Position numbers and translations under genes: made by a program. From NCBI GenBank assembly GCA_964304625.1, contig OZ199840.1:5817200-5881199 (forward strand): a stretch of 64,000 nucleotides of DNA. Reading direction: 5' to 3'. The notes under the pieces are model-generated. The model did no database searches, had not been told where the DNA came from, and worked only from the letters and a program-made list of their open reading frames with translations. Shown in pieces: positions 23,562-35,817 of this stretch; position 1 is the first letter of the stretch; every line of letters starts with the position of its first letter. This stretch comes from Kudoa neothunni. Lineage: Eukaryota > Animalia > Cnidaria.

Positions 23562-25378
23562 ATGGCAAGTCACCAAAAACTTAGAAAATGGAAGGAAGAA
23601 TACACCAAATACGGTTTTACTAAAAAACTCGTCGATAGTGTTGAAAAACCACAATGCGTTCTTTTAATGTCATTTATTCAAATTCCGACTTGAAGCCATC
23701 AAAGTTACTTCAACATTATGATAACAAACATGATGGTAAAACACATATAGGAAACGAGATCCAGTCATCAAAAGTGAAGAGAGCGCGCTATGACTTAAAG
23801 GGAACATTTCTCTAGATAACCTTTGCCTCTCGCTTCATTCAAAATAGCTTATGAAGTGGCGAAAGCGAAAAACACCCACAATATTGCAGAGACGATAAAA
23901 CCATGCATTCGGGAGGCAGAAAAGATTGTTTTGGGTGAAGAAGCAACAAAAAAACTCAAAGGAATACCACTATCCAAAAATATTATCCGCAATAAAATTG
24001 ATGAGATAAGTGCTGATATTCTTTATCAAATAGTTTCGGATATCAAGGCATTTCCAATGCAAATTGCACTCTAGGTGGATGAGTCAACGGATGTCGATAA
24101 TTGTAGTTAGCTCGTCGCTTTCGTAAGATATGTGAAATCGAGCTTTATTGAGGAAGACTTTTTATTTTGCAAGGCGTTGAATACAACAACTACTAGATCT
24201 ATTTGTACCGATGGGGCACCTATCATGTTAGGAAATAAATCTAAGTTTGTTACTCATATAAAATGCCATGTTCCGGACGTGATAATCACCCATTGTATTT
24301 TGCATCGCCAAGCTCTGATGTCAAAAACTTTACCGATTGATCTAAAGTCAGCAATGGATTATTGTATCAAACTAATAAATTTCAAACGCGGAAAAGCTTT
24401 AAATCACAAAATTTTTAAGGCATTTTTCAATGAAATTAACGATGAAGGTTCTGGTCTTATCCCACCACACAGAAGTAAGTCGGTCTTTGACTTAAAATAG
24501 GAAATCGAGAAATTTTTATTAGGTCAAAAGTCGGATCTTGCAAATGTTTTCAAGTTCTAAAATTTCTCAATAATGTTGGCAACTCTCACGGATATCTTTC
24601 AACACTTGAACGAATTAAATTATTCATTTCACAGAAAATTTATAAATATTTAAGTGCTTCTGACAAGTTACGAGCATTTCGTGAAAAGCTGACCTTATGG
24701 ATTGTCAGAATAAAGAATAAAATTTGTTGTAATTTTCCACTTTAGAGGAAAATATTAAAAATGAAAATGTGAATTCCGAAATTTTGCAAATCTTAATAAA
24801 AGATCATTTGGAGAAACTGAAAGATTCTTTTGACGGCTATTTTTCTACTGGCAACTTAAATGAATCTGATGGCTGAATTGTCAAACCATTCGCCTTCAAC
24901 TTGTTAAAAATGGAGGACAATAATGATGAAAGAGAAAGTTTGATCGAAATAAGATCGTGCTAATCCATGAAACTGCTGTTTGAGTCAAGTTTACTTGAGC
25001 ACTTTTGGTGTCACGTCCTTAAAAATTGTCTCAGATTAGCGAAAAAAGCGCTGAAGATTTTAGTTCCATTTATACATAAAAAACAGGTACAGATGCACGT
25101 TAAAGCCAGAAAATGCCTTATGAACAGCACTATCCAATAAAAGTCCCCGTTTCAATGTCTTAATTGTCAATAAAAAACAAAAGAAAGTCCAGAAGATAAC
25201 TAAAAAATTTTTAATTGTTTATTTTACAATTGTATTTTTTCGCATTAAATAGTTAATATATGCGCGTTAATCTTATATAATCGGAATTTCAACTAGTCTT
25301 AAAAATAGGGGTGTGGAAATTGACGATACTGTTGCAGGAGGTGTCAAACCCAAAACAAATAAGGAAGCCCGGCTCTAC
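23562..25378 (+). mobile_element. Degraded hAT (Buster/Charlie, ZBED8-like) transposon
   Basis: KWKEEYTKYGF...KPQCV BED-finger start; motifs HNIAET, VDESTD, ICTDGAPIMLG and HCILHRQAL; many stops; Buster-like 3' end ...CCCGGCTCTA. Confidence 0.85.
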
Positions 25379-25390
25379 AGAAACCTCATA

Positions 25391-25610
25391 CTGGATTTGA
25401 TTTCGTTCCTGTACCCCGGCGTTTATGAGCGCCAGAGTTTTATCCTTCCGCCAGGCTCCCTTCCCAGCTGCAAGCAAGACCACGATAAATCGTAGATCCT
25501 TGCGATTACTACAGCCTTCCTATTTAATTTCAGATTAGGAGTACAGGAACGACCAGACTAGGCTTTAAACTTGCGACCTCGACTTAACACCACTATGCCA
25601 TACAGCTCAG
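25391..25610 (-). ncRNA. Putative tRNA-derived SINE or structured Pol III RNA
   Basis: Minus-strand A-box TGGCATAGTGG (25590-25600), degenerate B-box AGTTTAAAGCC (25561-25571), and a 15-bp stem 25403-25417 / 25538-25552; GC-rich island. Confidence 0.45.
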
Positions 25611-26028
25611 GCTTGTACATAATAGCAAGTTTCCACGAGATGTCGAGAGTTTATTTATAAATAAATTTTTCGATATCAAATATGTTGTCACAATTATAAA
25701 ATAAAACATAAGTAAATTTTTCTAAAAAGAATAAAGTTGAAATTTTGCGATTACGCAATAACCAATCCAATCTCAGCTGGAATTATTAATTTGGAGATGA
25801 AATATATCATGAAACTATGAGGAATATTGTCAACTTGAACTTTATGATACAAAATTTTTTTCCTATAGAAAAATCAATTTTTTCAGATTTAGGAACCTAA
25901 AATAATCGAGAAACCTTCGTATATTTTAAGCGTTCATTAAGGAAGGGTTAAGTCGCGACTTCTACCGAAGTATTACTAAGTGTAAGTGCGGGCGGCAGTA
26001 CTTGAGATTGTGTCTCGTTTTGTATGCC

Positions 26029-28692
26029 ATGGAAGAAGTAATCAATAAATTATTGTCATGCGGCATCGAAAACGGTGTTGTTGTTGACGACCCAGAGTAC
26101 ACCAATAACAAAGATCAACTACTATTACAGTGGGAACAATGTATTAATTCAAGATCGATACATCTGAACCGTAGCGAATTGCTTATTTTTGATGACATTA
26201 TACGTGTGTTTAAATACGATGAAAATAAAGTTGACCGCAACATGTCTAATTCAATCAGAGTTATTTTTGATTTCGGCCCAACAATCTTAAAGTTTTGTGG
26301 TCTCATTTTGGATATTCTTGTTGATGTTGAGTCGTCAACCGCAAATACAATCATCACGAGTGATGACGGTTGGTTACACCAACAGTTTTTACAAAAATGT
26401 TTAATCATCTACAACACAATGACAAAACAACTGCTTACCATGTCGGAAACTGACACATTTTCAGAATTTATTAATAATGAAGACCGAAATAAGAGTTATA
26501 TTTTTGTATTAATGGAACTCTCCAGCAAGATAAAGCTTTATGATATGAATATTGTGAAGAATTTTTGGTTGTCGACAAAAAAAATTATCCCAAAGTTAAC
26601 AAAAAAATCATTAATTTGTTTATACTTGACAAGCGTACTGCAGAGTATCAGCTACAAACTTAGTCGACTAGATTCTGTTGTTGGTGTTGATGTGTCGGAG
26701 GAGGAGGAGGAGAATTTGACTGATTGGTTGAATGAAGAATTTATCGATCAATTGATAGTAGTTTATAAGGTGTTTGTTTATTTTTTAAAGTTCCATTCTG
26801 CATCGGTCTCAGCAGCCAATACCACTTCTTCAGTTGTTACTGCTAACGTCAATTTTGCAAATTTCTGCCACAATAGAAAAGGGATTGTGAAGGTGATGGG
26901 ATTGGAAAAAAATACAGAATCTTTGTTGTTGGATGTGATAACCCATAATGTGTTATTGATGATGGTGGTCAAAAGTCACACTCTGACAGAGAATTTTAAT
27001 TCTATTGCCACCAGTCCACTTTTCAAATTGGCCATAGATATCGATAGAAGTTTTGTTCATAAGTTGATTCAAAGAATTTCGGTTCAATTCTCACACCAAT
27101 CACTGAAACCGTACGTTTTCAAGGTTGTGGAATGTTTGTTGAATTTGGTGAAAAATCATCAGCAATCTCTGTACAAGCAACTATTAACAGTCGAGTGTTT
27201 TGAATGTTTGATTGGATTTGTGGAGAATGTCCAAATTATAATTAATAAAGATTTCGTTAATGTTAATCAAATTCAAAAATGTTTTTTTGGTCTGCTTATT
27301 ATTTGTCTAGATTGTTGCCATGTTGAAAATCTTCCAATGATATTCGCGTTCTTTTACTACTACCTATTTGACAATAGATCCACGCTTAATGACGAAATTG
27401 ATGGATTTGCTGTTTTGTTAATTCAACAAACCCTATACGATGTGATTGTGGAAGTGATTTGTAATCTTTTTGACAATAAAACAGCGTTAGATCACTTGGG
27501 TGTCCTTTTCTATGTGTATACTCAGGCGACGTTGGATTTGACTCAACAACAAAATTGTTTCAAGTTAGGATTGTTATTTTCCAAATTATTTTGGAGTTCG
27601 AAAAAACTTTTTTTATCATTCTGCCAGCGAATTCAACGCAACAAATCAAAACTGTTACTTTTCCAGCTGTTAAGACATCTATTCAACGAGAAACCCTCCT
27701 ATTTCGCTGACCTCAGTATTGTGGACAAACTGTTTTCGCTGCTTGATATATCTGACGATTTGATGGCAACCAGTTTGTCTATTGACAGCGGTTGCACGGA
27801 AGGGATTTTGTGTTTTATTCAAATGCTAACTGATAACAATCAACCGCATGTATTTCGTCAGATTCCGTACGAAAAATTATTTACTGAATCGGCAACCAAA
27901 TTAATTGAAAATGATCAAAATTCTAATCTTTGGAATATTTTACATTTGTCCATTTATGGTTTGTGTCGCAGTGATCATTTTAACTGCGACATCGGAGAAT
28001 GGTTTCAAAATCTTATTTCCACATTCACTCAACCTCCTAACAGCTTCACTAAGTACACAAAAATTGTAGATGTTTTTTATGTAAAATTTTTTAGTTTGTG
28101 TGGCATTGTCGTCAGTGCTATGGTAGTGTGCAATGAGAAAGCGATTGCAAACACACTAATCACCGAGGACCAACTTACAACACTTTCCAATAGTTTACAT
28201 TCTTTCTTTCAACAAGGGTATGCTATTACAGCTGCTTTTTTCTGCGTCCAAATTTGTAAAGCTCTTAGCTTTTGTAACTCGTTCAACTATTCAAGAATAA
28301 TTCTACAGGAACATTGCCCCTGGCTGCATCAGCTACTTGTAGGGATGATAAAAAGAAATTTTTCCGGTGAAAATAATTGTACAGAGTCTTCTTTGGAGAA
28401 TACAATGAAGATGATTATTGAACGTGCACAACGACACTCCATTAAAAGTTGTGGTAAAACCACAAGATTATCCTTTCAAGAATTTCTTAAGATTCCTAAC
28501 TCCTCCTCTTCTGAGACTGTAATTGAAACCCAAAAGATCGCCACCAACATAGAAGACAACTTTTTCAATGTGTCCAAAAATGTTGTAAACAAACTGGAAA
28601 AACTTCAAAATCATCCACACTCAATCGACTCAATGAAGTTTTCGAGAATATTTAACATCTTGGAGGCTTTGAGTAACGCCCTCGATCATTGA
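26029..28692 (+). CDS. Intronless ~887-aa alpha-helical (HEAT/ARM-like) protein; tentative FIRRM/C1orf112-like
   Basis: Long ORF with first ATG at 26029 and Leu-rich helical composition. The C-terminal ILQEHCPWLHQLLV resembles the LL.D..WLLHQ segment recalled for C1orf112. The coding call is firm; the family call is weak. Confidence 0.6.
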   Translation: MEEVINKLLSCGIENGVVVDDPEYTNNKDQLLLQWEQCINSRSIHLNRSELLIFDDIIRVFKYDENKVDRNMSNSIRVIFDFGPTILKFCGLILDILVDVESSTANTIITSDDGWLHQQFLQKCLIIYNTMTKQLLTMSETDTFSEFINNEDRNKSYIFVLMELSSKIKLYDMNIVKNFWLSTKKIIPKLTKKSLICLYLTSVLQSISYKLSRLDSVVGVDVSEEEEENLTDWLNEEFIDQLIVVYKVFVYFLKFHSASVSAANTTSSVVTANVNFANFCHNRKGIVKVMGLEKNTESLLLDVITHNVLLMMVVKSHTLTENFNSIATSPLFKLAIDIDRSFVHKLIQRISVQFSHQSLKPYVFKVVECLLNLVKNHQQSLYKQLLTVECFECLIGFVENVQIIINKDFVNVNQIQKCFFGLLIICLDCCHVENLPMIFAFFYYYLFDNRSTLNDEIDGFAVLLIQQTLYDVIVEVICNLFDNKTALDHLGVLFYVYTQATLDLTQQQNCFKLGLLFSKLFWSSKKLFLSFCQRIQRNKSKLLLFQLLRHLFNEKPSYFADLSIVDKLFSLLDISDDLMATSLSIDSGCTEGILCFIQMLTDNNQPHVFRQIPYEKLFTESATKLIENDQNSNLWNILHLSIYGLCRSDHFNCDIGEWFQNLISTFTQPPNSFTKYTKIVDVFYVKFFSLCGIVVSAMVVCNEKAIANTLITEDQLTTLSNSLHSFFQQGYAITAAFFCVQICKALSFCNSFNYSRIILQEHCPWLHQLLVGMIKRNFSGENNCTESSLENTMKMIIERAQRHSIKSCGKTTRLSFQEFLKIPNSSSSETVIETQKIATNIEDNFFNVSKNVVNKLEKLQNHPHSIDSMKFSRIFNILEALSNALDH

Positions 28693-28939
28693 ACTTTGTA
28701 TAGCTTTGTAGGATTTCATATCGTTATTTTTTAATTATATTGTACTTTTTTGTGCCAACAAATTTGAAATTTTGAATATTATCAATTTTTTTATTTATTT
28801 CTAGAATAATTATAGAAATTCAATAGATAAAAACGTTTTTCTCATTATACGATGGCTGATCGTTAAGATGAAGAGAATTTACTATTTTTCAAATATTTCT
28901 TTCGATTTATGGATATAGTATTTTATATTAGACCATTAA

Positions 28940-30248
28940 CCCTCCCCGAACACGCGTCGAGGATTTGACTCGAAAGCACACCTTGGGTGCAATGGGCCCC
29001 AGACGGTTAAATTGATTTATTTTGTAACATACAATTGTAAACATTTATTTTTGAAAACAATTATTATATATAATGTTGGAAATTTATTTACAAAACGAAT
29101 TTAAGCAGTAACGGTATGTAGTTCTCGTTTTTCTATCATTTTGACGAACACAGAGATGACAGCTTTTTTTCGAATAAGGGTGGAATAATGCATGAAATTT
29201 GTATTTATTTCTTGCTTCTATAACATCTTTAAATGAATATATAATTATTTTGTACTTTTTTTATTTATTTTCTGTTTGCATACAATATAATAAGTGTGCA
29301 TTTATTGGCACTTTATCTAACAAATGCGGAACATAGCCGCTGGTCATCTTCTAGTTGTTCGATGGATTGAATAATTAACAAAAATTTGACTAACTTTGTC
29401 CATTCCTCCCTTTGTAGAATTGTAGAATGAAATACTTTCTTGGATTTTTTTTGATATTATAAATTTACAATTGGTCTACGATGTAATGAGCTTAAGAAAA
29501 TAGCAGAATTTTAAAATTTAAAGCTATTTCTGAGAAATTATTTGTATAGCTAAGTATACTGTTTAACATTTTATCCGCGAAAAATAACTTTAAGTGTCTT
29601 TTTCTGTAATTAAATTGTCAGGAATATCGTGTTTCTATTTTTTTGAAAATGATTTTACATAGTAAACAAACCATTCAGAATTTTTACCACAAGGCCTCTC
29701 GTCATTAGATTTAAAAATTTATCATGTCGAACTATTTGTAATTAAATCACCTTAAATTTAGTTTCACAATATTCAAAACTGGATCCATTGCTTCCTTCCA
29801 CCAATAAATTATCATAACAAAAGTTGCTGCTACAAGACTCATTGTCTGACAGATTTGAAACTGTGATCTTAACGGTTGAAAATTTTCTTTACGTCCATCT
29901 ATAATCGAAAAACAATTAAATAGACAAAAATACGCGAATTAAAAAGTTTACAACGCACAAGATTACATGGGTTGAAGAGTACTTTTTGGTTGAAAAGGCG
30001 AAGTTTTGCACGGGTTAATCTAATTCTAATGTGGGCTCAAATTGATCGTGGTAACAACCAATAAATTAGAAAGTAGAAAATGATCTTTCATGGCTTTTAT
30101 TAAGAAAAAATTTAATCCCGAATAAGGAGTAATTCTGAGCGCTCGATTTTTATATTCCTATCAACTTCTATTCGTAGGTTTCCGACACAGTTCATTTTAA
30201 GAATTTTTTATTGTTACGCGCCACCAATTTATCCTCAGGCTTTCAGGG
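28940..30248 (-). mobile_element. Highly decayed piggyBac remnant
   Basis: TTAA-CCCT terminus at 28936-28943; minus-strand YNSTKGGMD motif at ~29398-29424; right end uncertain. Confidence 0.6.
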
Positions 30249-30510
30249 ATCAGAAAACATTAACCAAAATAAAAATCACACGAAATCTGTCAAATCGGTT
30301 CATTCTTATCAACCTTTCTATTTTTAAAGCATTGTTTATGTTTTAATGAATATTCTGATGTCTAAATGACCTTAGAATTTAGATTTGAGCTGAAATAAAT
30401 CCGTCATTTAATTCTGTTAACATTATCATTCTTTCAATAATTGCTCTAAGTTAATTTAGGGTTAGAAATTATTTAACGGAAAATAAACAATCTGAAATTT
30501 TCGGTTTAAT

Positions 30511-33500
30511 TAAGGCACTGACTATTTTCACGGTAACGAATATCTCCTTCATTTTTGAAATATTATTCGTTTGAATTCCCAGGTGTATTAAAATATTTTT
30601 TATCTACCTAATATCTTATTTTTATGCTAAAACTGTTTATCAAAATTTACATATTAATATCATGTTTTCTGCTCTTATTATCATTTCCTAACGCATTTGT
30701 TAGGACAGATATGTTTGATTCATGCAATATTCTAAGTTTAATAAAACTTAAAGTAATTTTTTAATGAAAAAGCTGTACTATTGTATGTTGGAAACTCACA
30801 TCATAAATGTAAATTCTCGGCTCCTCCGTATTTCTTGCATGAAAATTCAAATGTATTAATGGGAATTAGATGTAAGATCGTATAAGACATTTAGATCATC
30901 ATTTTTAATAAGATGTTAATGTATAACTCAATAATATATTGTTTTATTCACTCATTAATTTTAATTGTTGGAACAAACCTAAATATCAAATGGTATATTT
31001 GTTTTTAACAATTACTTAATTTCAACCAGAAAATTTTATTTCAAAATGTAAAATTTATTTCAAAACAGTTACAAAAACGGGACTACGTTAAATTTATGCC
31101 ACTGCAGCCGCGAAATAATACAGAGTATGATAATTTTAAGTCGGCGTGCCATTTGAAAACAATGAGGATGATAATACACCAGAATCGAATATGCTAAAAG
31201 AAGATTTAACAGAAATTTCAATCATAATCTCATGTTATGAAATAAGATATATATGTTACTTTGGTTTGAATTATAAAACTAGAAGTTTGGGAGAGAGAAA
31301 TAAGGTCACTAAATATTGGACATAATCATCGTTGCGATAGTAAAATTTATGAAAATCTCCCCAGCCAAAGAAAAATAAATCTCTCGGATCCATTTATATC
31401 AGAATTGATATTTCTCGGGGAGAATAAAAATTTTATTCCAAATAAATTAAATCAAGAAACAGGAATGAATGTGTCGCTAAAATCCTTGCACAATGTTGAG
31501 AGGTTCTCGCCAGAAAAAATAAAAGACATGGGCTCAGTCGTAAAGTTGATGAAAGAAGATTACCATTGTAGATTCAAAATATTGTCAAGTCATAATATAG
31601 TTCGCGGAATATTCTTCATGTCCAATGAAATGAAAAGAGTCTTAGAGTATTTTCCAGAACTTATGTTAATAGGTGGGACTTAAAATAAACTTATGGACTG
31701 AAGGTAATAAATAATTTTTAACAAAATATTTCCTTTCCTTTTAGGGTTCCACTTTCCATAACTGCGTCAGAAGACTCTTTTGGATAAACACATAACAAGT
31801 GCTTGCATTCTGTACGAAGAAACCAAGGAATCCACCAAATGGATATTGGAGGATTTAATCGATACAGCCCATTGGTTAGCGCACAAACTTTCAACGATTG
31901 TCAGTGATGAAAGTCAAAATTTAAAAAAATGTGTAAAGGAAGCTTTCCTATCAGCTTCGCTTCTAATATGCCGATTCCACCCACGTTCTTCAATCATTTC
32001 AAAGAGAAATAATCGATAAATATAAAATTACTTCTAGCAAAAGAATTTTTTATTGAAAATTATCAGTAAAATGACAAAGGCAACGCGTAAAATTCATTTT
32101 TATGATTTGAAAAAAAAATTATTTGGACTTGGTATCATTGATCTAAATAAATATTTTGAAAAGAACTGCGAACCTACTATTAAAGAATGGGTTGTTGGTT
32201 AGAGTTAAGCAAAAAATTTCTATGACAATGCAAGTAATAACCGATTAGAGGCTCTAAATGAACAATTAAAAAGGGTTATCAAAAGGTTTTCAACTATTAA
32301 AGAATTTTTCGTGAGTTTTTTATTTACTTAAAATCAATGAGAATCGAGCGAAAAAACAAAATTGTCATTAATCTATTGAAAAATTTTGATACAAAAATAG
32401 ATAATAATATTTACATAAACTATTTAACGCTATTTCCTCGAAAATTGTTTTAAAAGAATTACATAATATTAAAGACACGAATAATTCATTTGGGTCAGAT
32501 GTGAGCTCACGTAACTGCCAACAACATCTGTCATTCAATCTGCCATGTGCGCATATTTTTCATAAAAGGACATTAAATTTTGTTTATTTGTTCGATTAAA
32601 ACTTACTCCAATAAATTAGCAGCAACATCAGTTGAGTTCTGCGAGGATTTCTATGAAATGTGCTTAGATGCGTTTAGAATTTTAGAAGACATTACTAAGA
32701 ACTCTGACAAAACAAAACTGGCTGATTTTATAATGAGATGTGATTTCAACAAAGAAAATTTATTTGACTCATCCCTTTGATTAAAATTCCTCACATTTAC
32801 CGTTGTGTTTTTAGATGAATCCGGAATACTACGTGAGAAAAATAATCGTAAATTATTTCTTGGATTTCATTGATTAACGTATTTATAAAGAAGTGGTAAG
32901 TCATAGCGATTCAAAAAAATCCGAATTAAATGACACCTCAGAGAAACTATTGTCAGGTCATTATAAAAATAAGCTTGTTTTTAAAAAGTAAATAATAATT
33001 CCATCAAAGATAAAATAGATAGCTAGGCCAAAGGGTAGTAGAATAACTGCAATTGGTCTTCCAAAAACAAAAACCCGCAAAAGAAGGAACAATATATAAA
33101 TAATAATATATGCTAACAATTACGTTAGTTACTATCTGTTACCTAAGTGAATCGATGATTATGCCATCATCAACTTATTTCCAATCTTTTTTATGCTACA
33201 TGGAATTTGTTTACATAAAAATATCGACAATGATAATAAAAATAATAAATTTTTCTAACTCGAATTATATAATATTATTTAATACATATATTACATATGA
33301 TAATACAAATCATCATTCTACAAACCTTTTGGAGGTATTTATAGACAGACTATTTGTCTAAGATACGAAAATATGCATCGTTACGAGTAATTTATACGCA
33401 TATGCAATAGTTGAGTTAATGCAATTCGTCTTTTTTCATAAAGAATAACTTTACGTTTTATTAAACTTAGAATATTACATAAATCAAACATATCCGCCCT

Positions 33501-33693
33501 AATAAATAAGTGTGGAAATTATAATAAAAGCAGAAAACGTGATATTAATACGTAAATTTTGATATAAAGCTTTTAGCATACAAATGAGATATTATGTAGA
33601 TAAAAAATATGTTAATACATCTGTGAATTAAAAAACAGAATATTGCAAAAAAATAGAGGAGATATTCGTTACAATGAAAAAGCCATTGACTTA
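30511..33693 (+). mobile_element. MULE transposon with ~260-bp TIRs (degraded)
   Basis: Long diverged inverted repeats ~30511-30770 / ~33430-33693; motifs EYFPELM, ICRFH, NNRLEALN, SWIM (CQQHLSFNLPCAH) and RPKG. Ends approximate. Confidence 0.85.
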
Positions 33694-35740
33694 TATAATA
33701 TATATAGTAGATTGACATGTGTTTTTCGAGCGGATTAAATAATAAACGCTAAATGAGAAAATTTGTGTTAGTTTGCCACATTAGAATCAGCCTCATTATA
33801 TTTTCGTTAAATATTTCGTTCAATTTAAATTTATATTATCTGTTAATATTTTTGAGATACATATCTATTCAGTATCAAAGAAAAATATAAACAACACAAT
33901 TTTTATTAAAATTAATTATAATAAAGTAAATGTTTAGTAACATTAGATGTTCATAAAAGATAACAAAATATGAGCAAAACGTTGCATTTTAATTAACTGG
34001 CACAGTTGGTAACTGATTGTTCGTAATTCCCTCGGATCCATAAAAAAGTGCGAAAAATCCGACAAGACTGATTTTTTTGCACAGTGTGCGCGCGCCGCAG
34101 GGAAAATAAAGTTTGACCCTACAAATTTATACAACTATATTAATCTACTCTCATTTATTTAAATTATATTATTAAATAATATATTACAATCAGTTTACAG
34201 TATAATCACGTGTCTTTATGAACCAATCTAAATTATAGGATGTGCGACATATACTCTACGAAAAAAAAAATTAATCCCAATACGTTTACGCTAATTATGA
34301 TTATTATATTATTATTATTATTATAATTCTCGAATTTCTCTTGACTTAGAATGCCCTCAGAAAATACAGGAAATAACATGATAAAGTAACCAGTAAATGT
34401 TTGTAAATAGGATTTGTACCCATGCGGAAGTTCGAATTATCGCCAAGCAATATGTATGTTTATCAAAGATAACAAACTTGGATTATTAAAATCGGTTTTA
34501 AGGAGAATGAGACGGAAAATATACATATATTCTATAAATTTGCCATCCAACTAAAGAAAAATTATTTTTATCACATGTTTATCAGAGCAAAAATAGGATT
34601 AAATGCGATAAAATGTTCGAAAAATCGTAGGGATACAAATGTTTTACCGATTTAAAATTTTACAAATCGTATAACAAAAGGGAGTTATAATGATTCCTTG
34701 AAATTTTGAACGTTTCTAAAACGTTTGTTGTAAGATTTCCAAGAGTGCGGAAAATCGGTTAACTATTTAATACAGAAATGCTTGACAGAAATTTTAATTG
34801 AAAAAAGTTGATAAAATAATATTACTTTTATATTCTTCATAATCATTCATATGATATAAATTAAAGCATATTGATCGTTTAAGTTATTTATATTCATTTT
34901 TGGGAAAGAATAAGGTTAAAACTGAATAAAGTTAGTAAAATATGGCGTTTGAAATCTATATTGATTAAATTAATTACTTTAATAGCGGTTATATGAAATA
35001 AAATGATGGATTAAAAATTTTGTATTATCGCTGACCTTCAAATGTCGAAACAACAAAATAATCAAATTGAGTTTATTCTATCATGTAATCATTTAAATTA
35101 TATTAATTTTTTACATACATTTTGTTTGAGGAAATTTTCAAACTTATTGTTTTGGGCAATCACAAAAAATTCGACATAGAGCGAAACCTTGATATTGTGT
35201 AGTAAATCGAGGTTGTCAATCTATTACGCAATATTGAGGCAAGACTGTAACTCATAAGTGGCATCTTTTTAACTAATTTTCTTTAGCGAAATATTTCATT
35301 ACGACATTATCGCTTTAAATATAAAATAAATCAAATGGAAAAATATCATAAAGGAATTATAGAATATTTATCTACTCAGAAAAGTACATTTTCTCGAGGA
35401 AGTTAAATGAAAATGAATTAATACGATACTTATTAATAATAATGTAAATAAAAACTAATTTATCAATTAGTATTTTAAACCTTAATTGAATTATTAAAAT
35501 TTTATTAATATGGAAATTCATTGGTATCGTTTTTAATTTTATGTAAAGTAATCCTATTACAGAACAACACTATTATTGTAATTATAAAATCAAAAAAATA
35601 CAATTCACTAAGCTCTCCATTTCGAAAATTATATTTATGACTTATTTTATTTTATATATGTATATACACATTTATGTATTTTTTTTCTTAATGGTTGAAG
35701 CCAACCCCTAAATAATAAAATTCCGTCTTTATTAAGTTAA

Positions 35741-35813
35741 CCCTCTAAAAAATATGTGATGTATTATACCCCAAAATGACTTGGTGTATGTAAAATTTTG
35801 AGTCTTTAGAGGG
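35741..35813. mobile_element. 73-bp piggyBac-type micro-MITE
   Basis: TTAA|CCCTCTAAA...TTTAGAGGG|TTAA. Confidence 0.75.
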
Positions 35814-35817
35814 TTAA

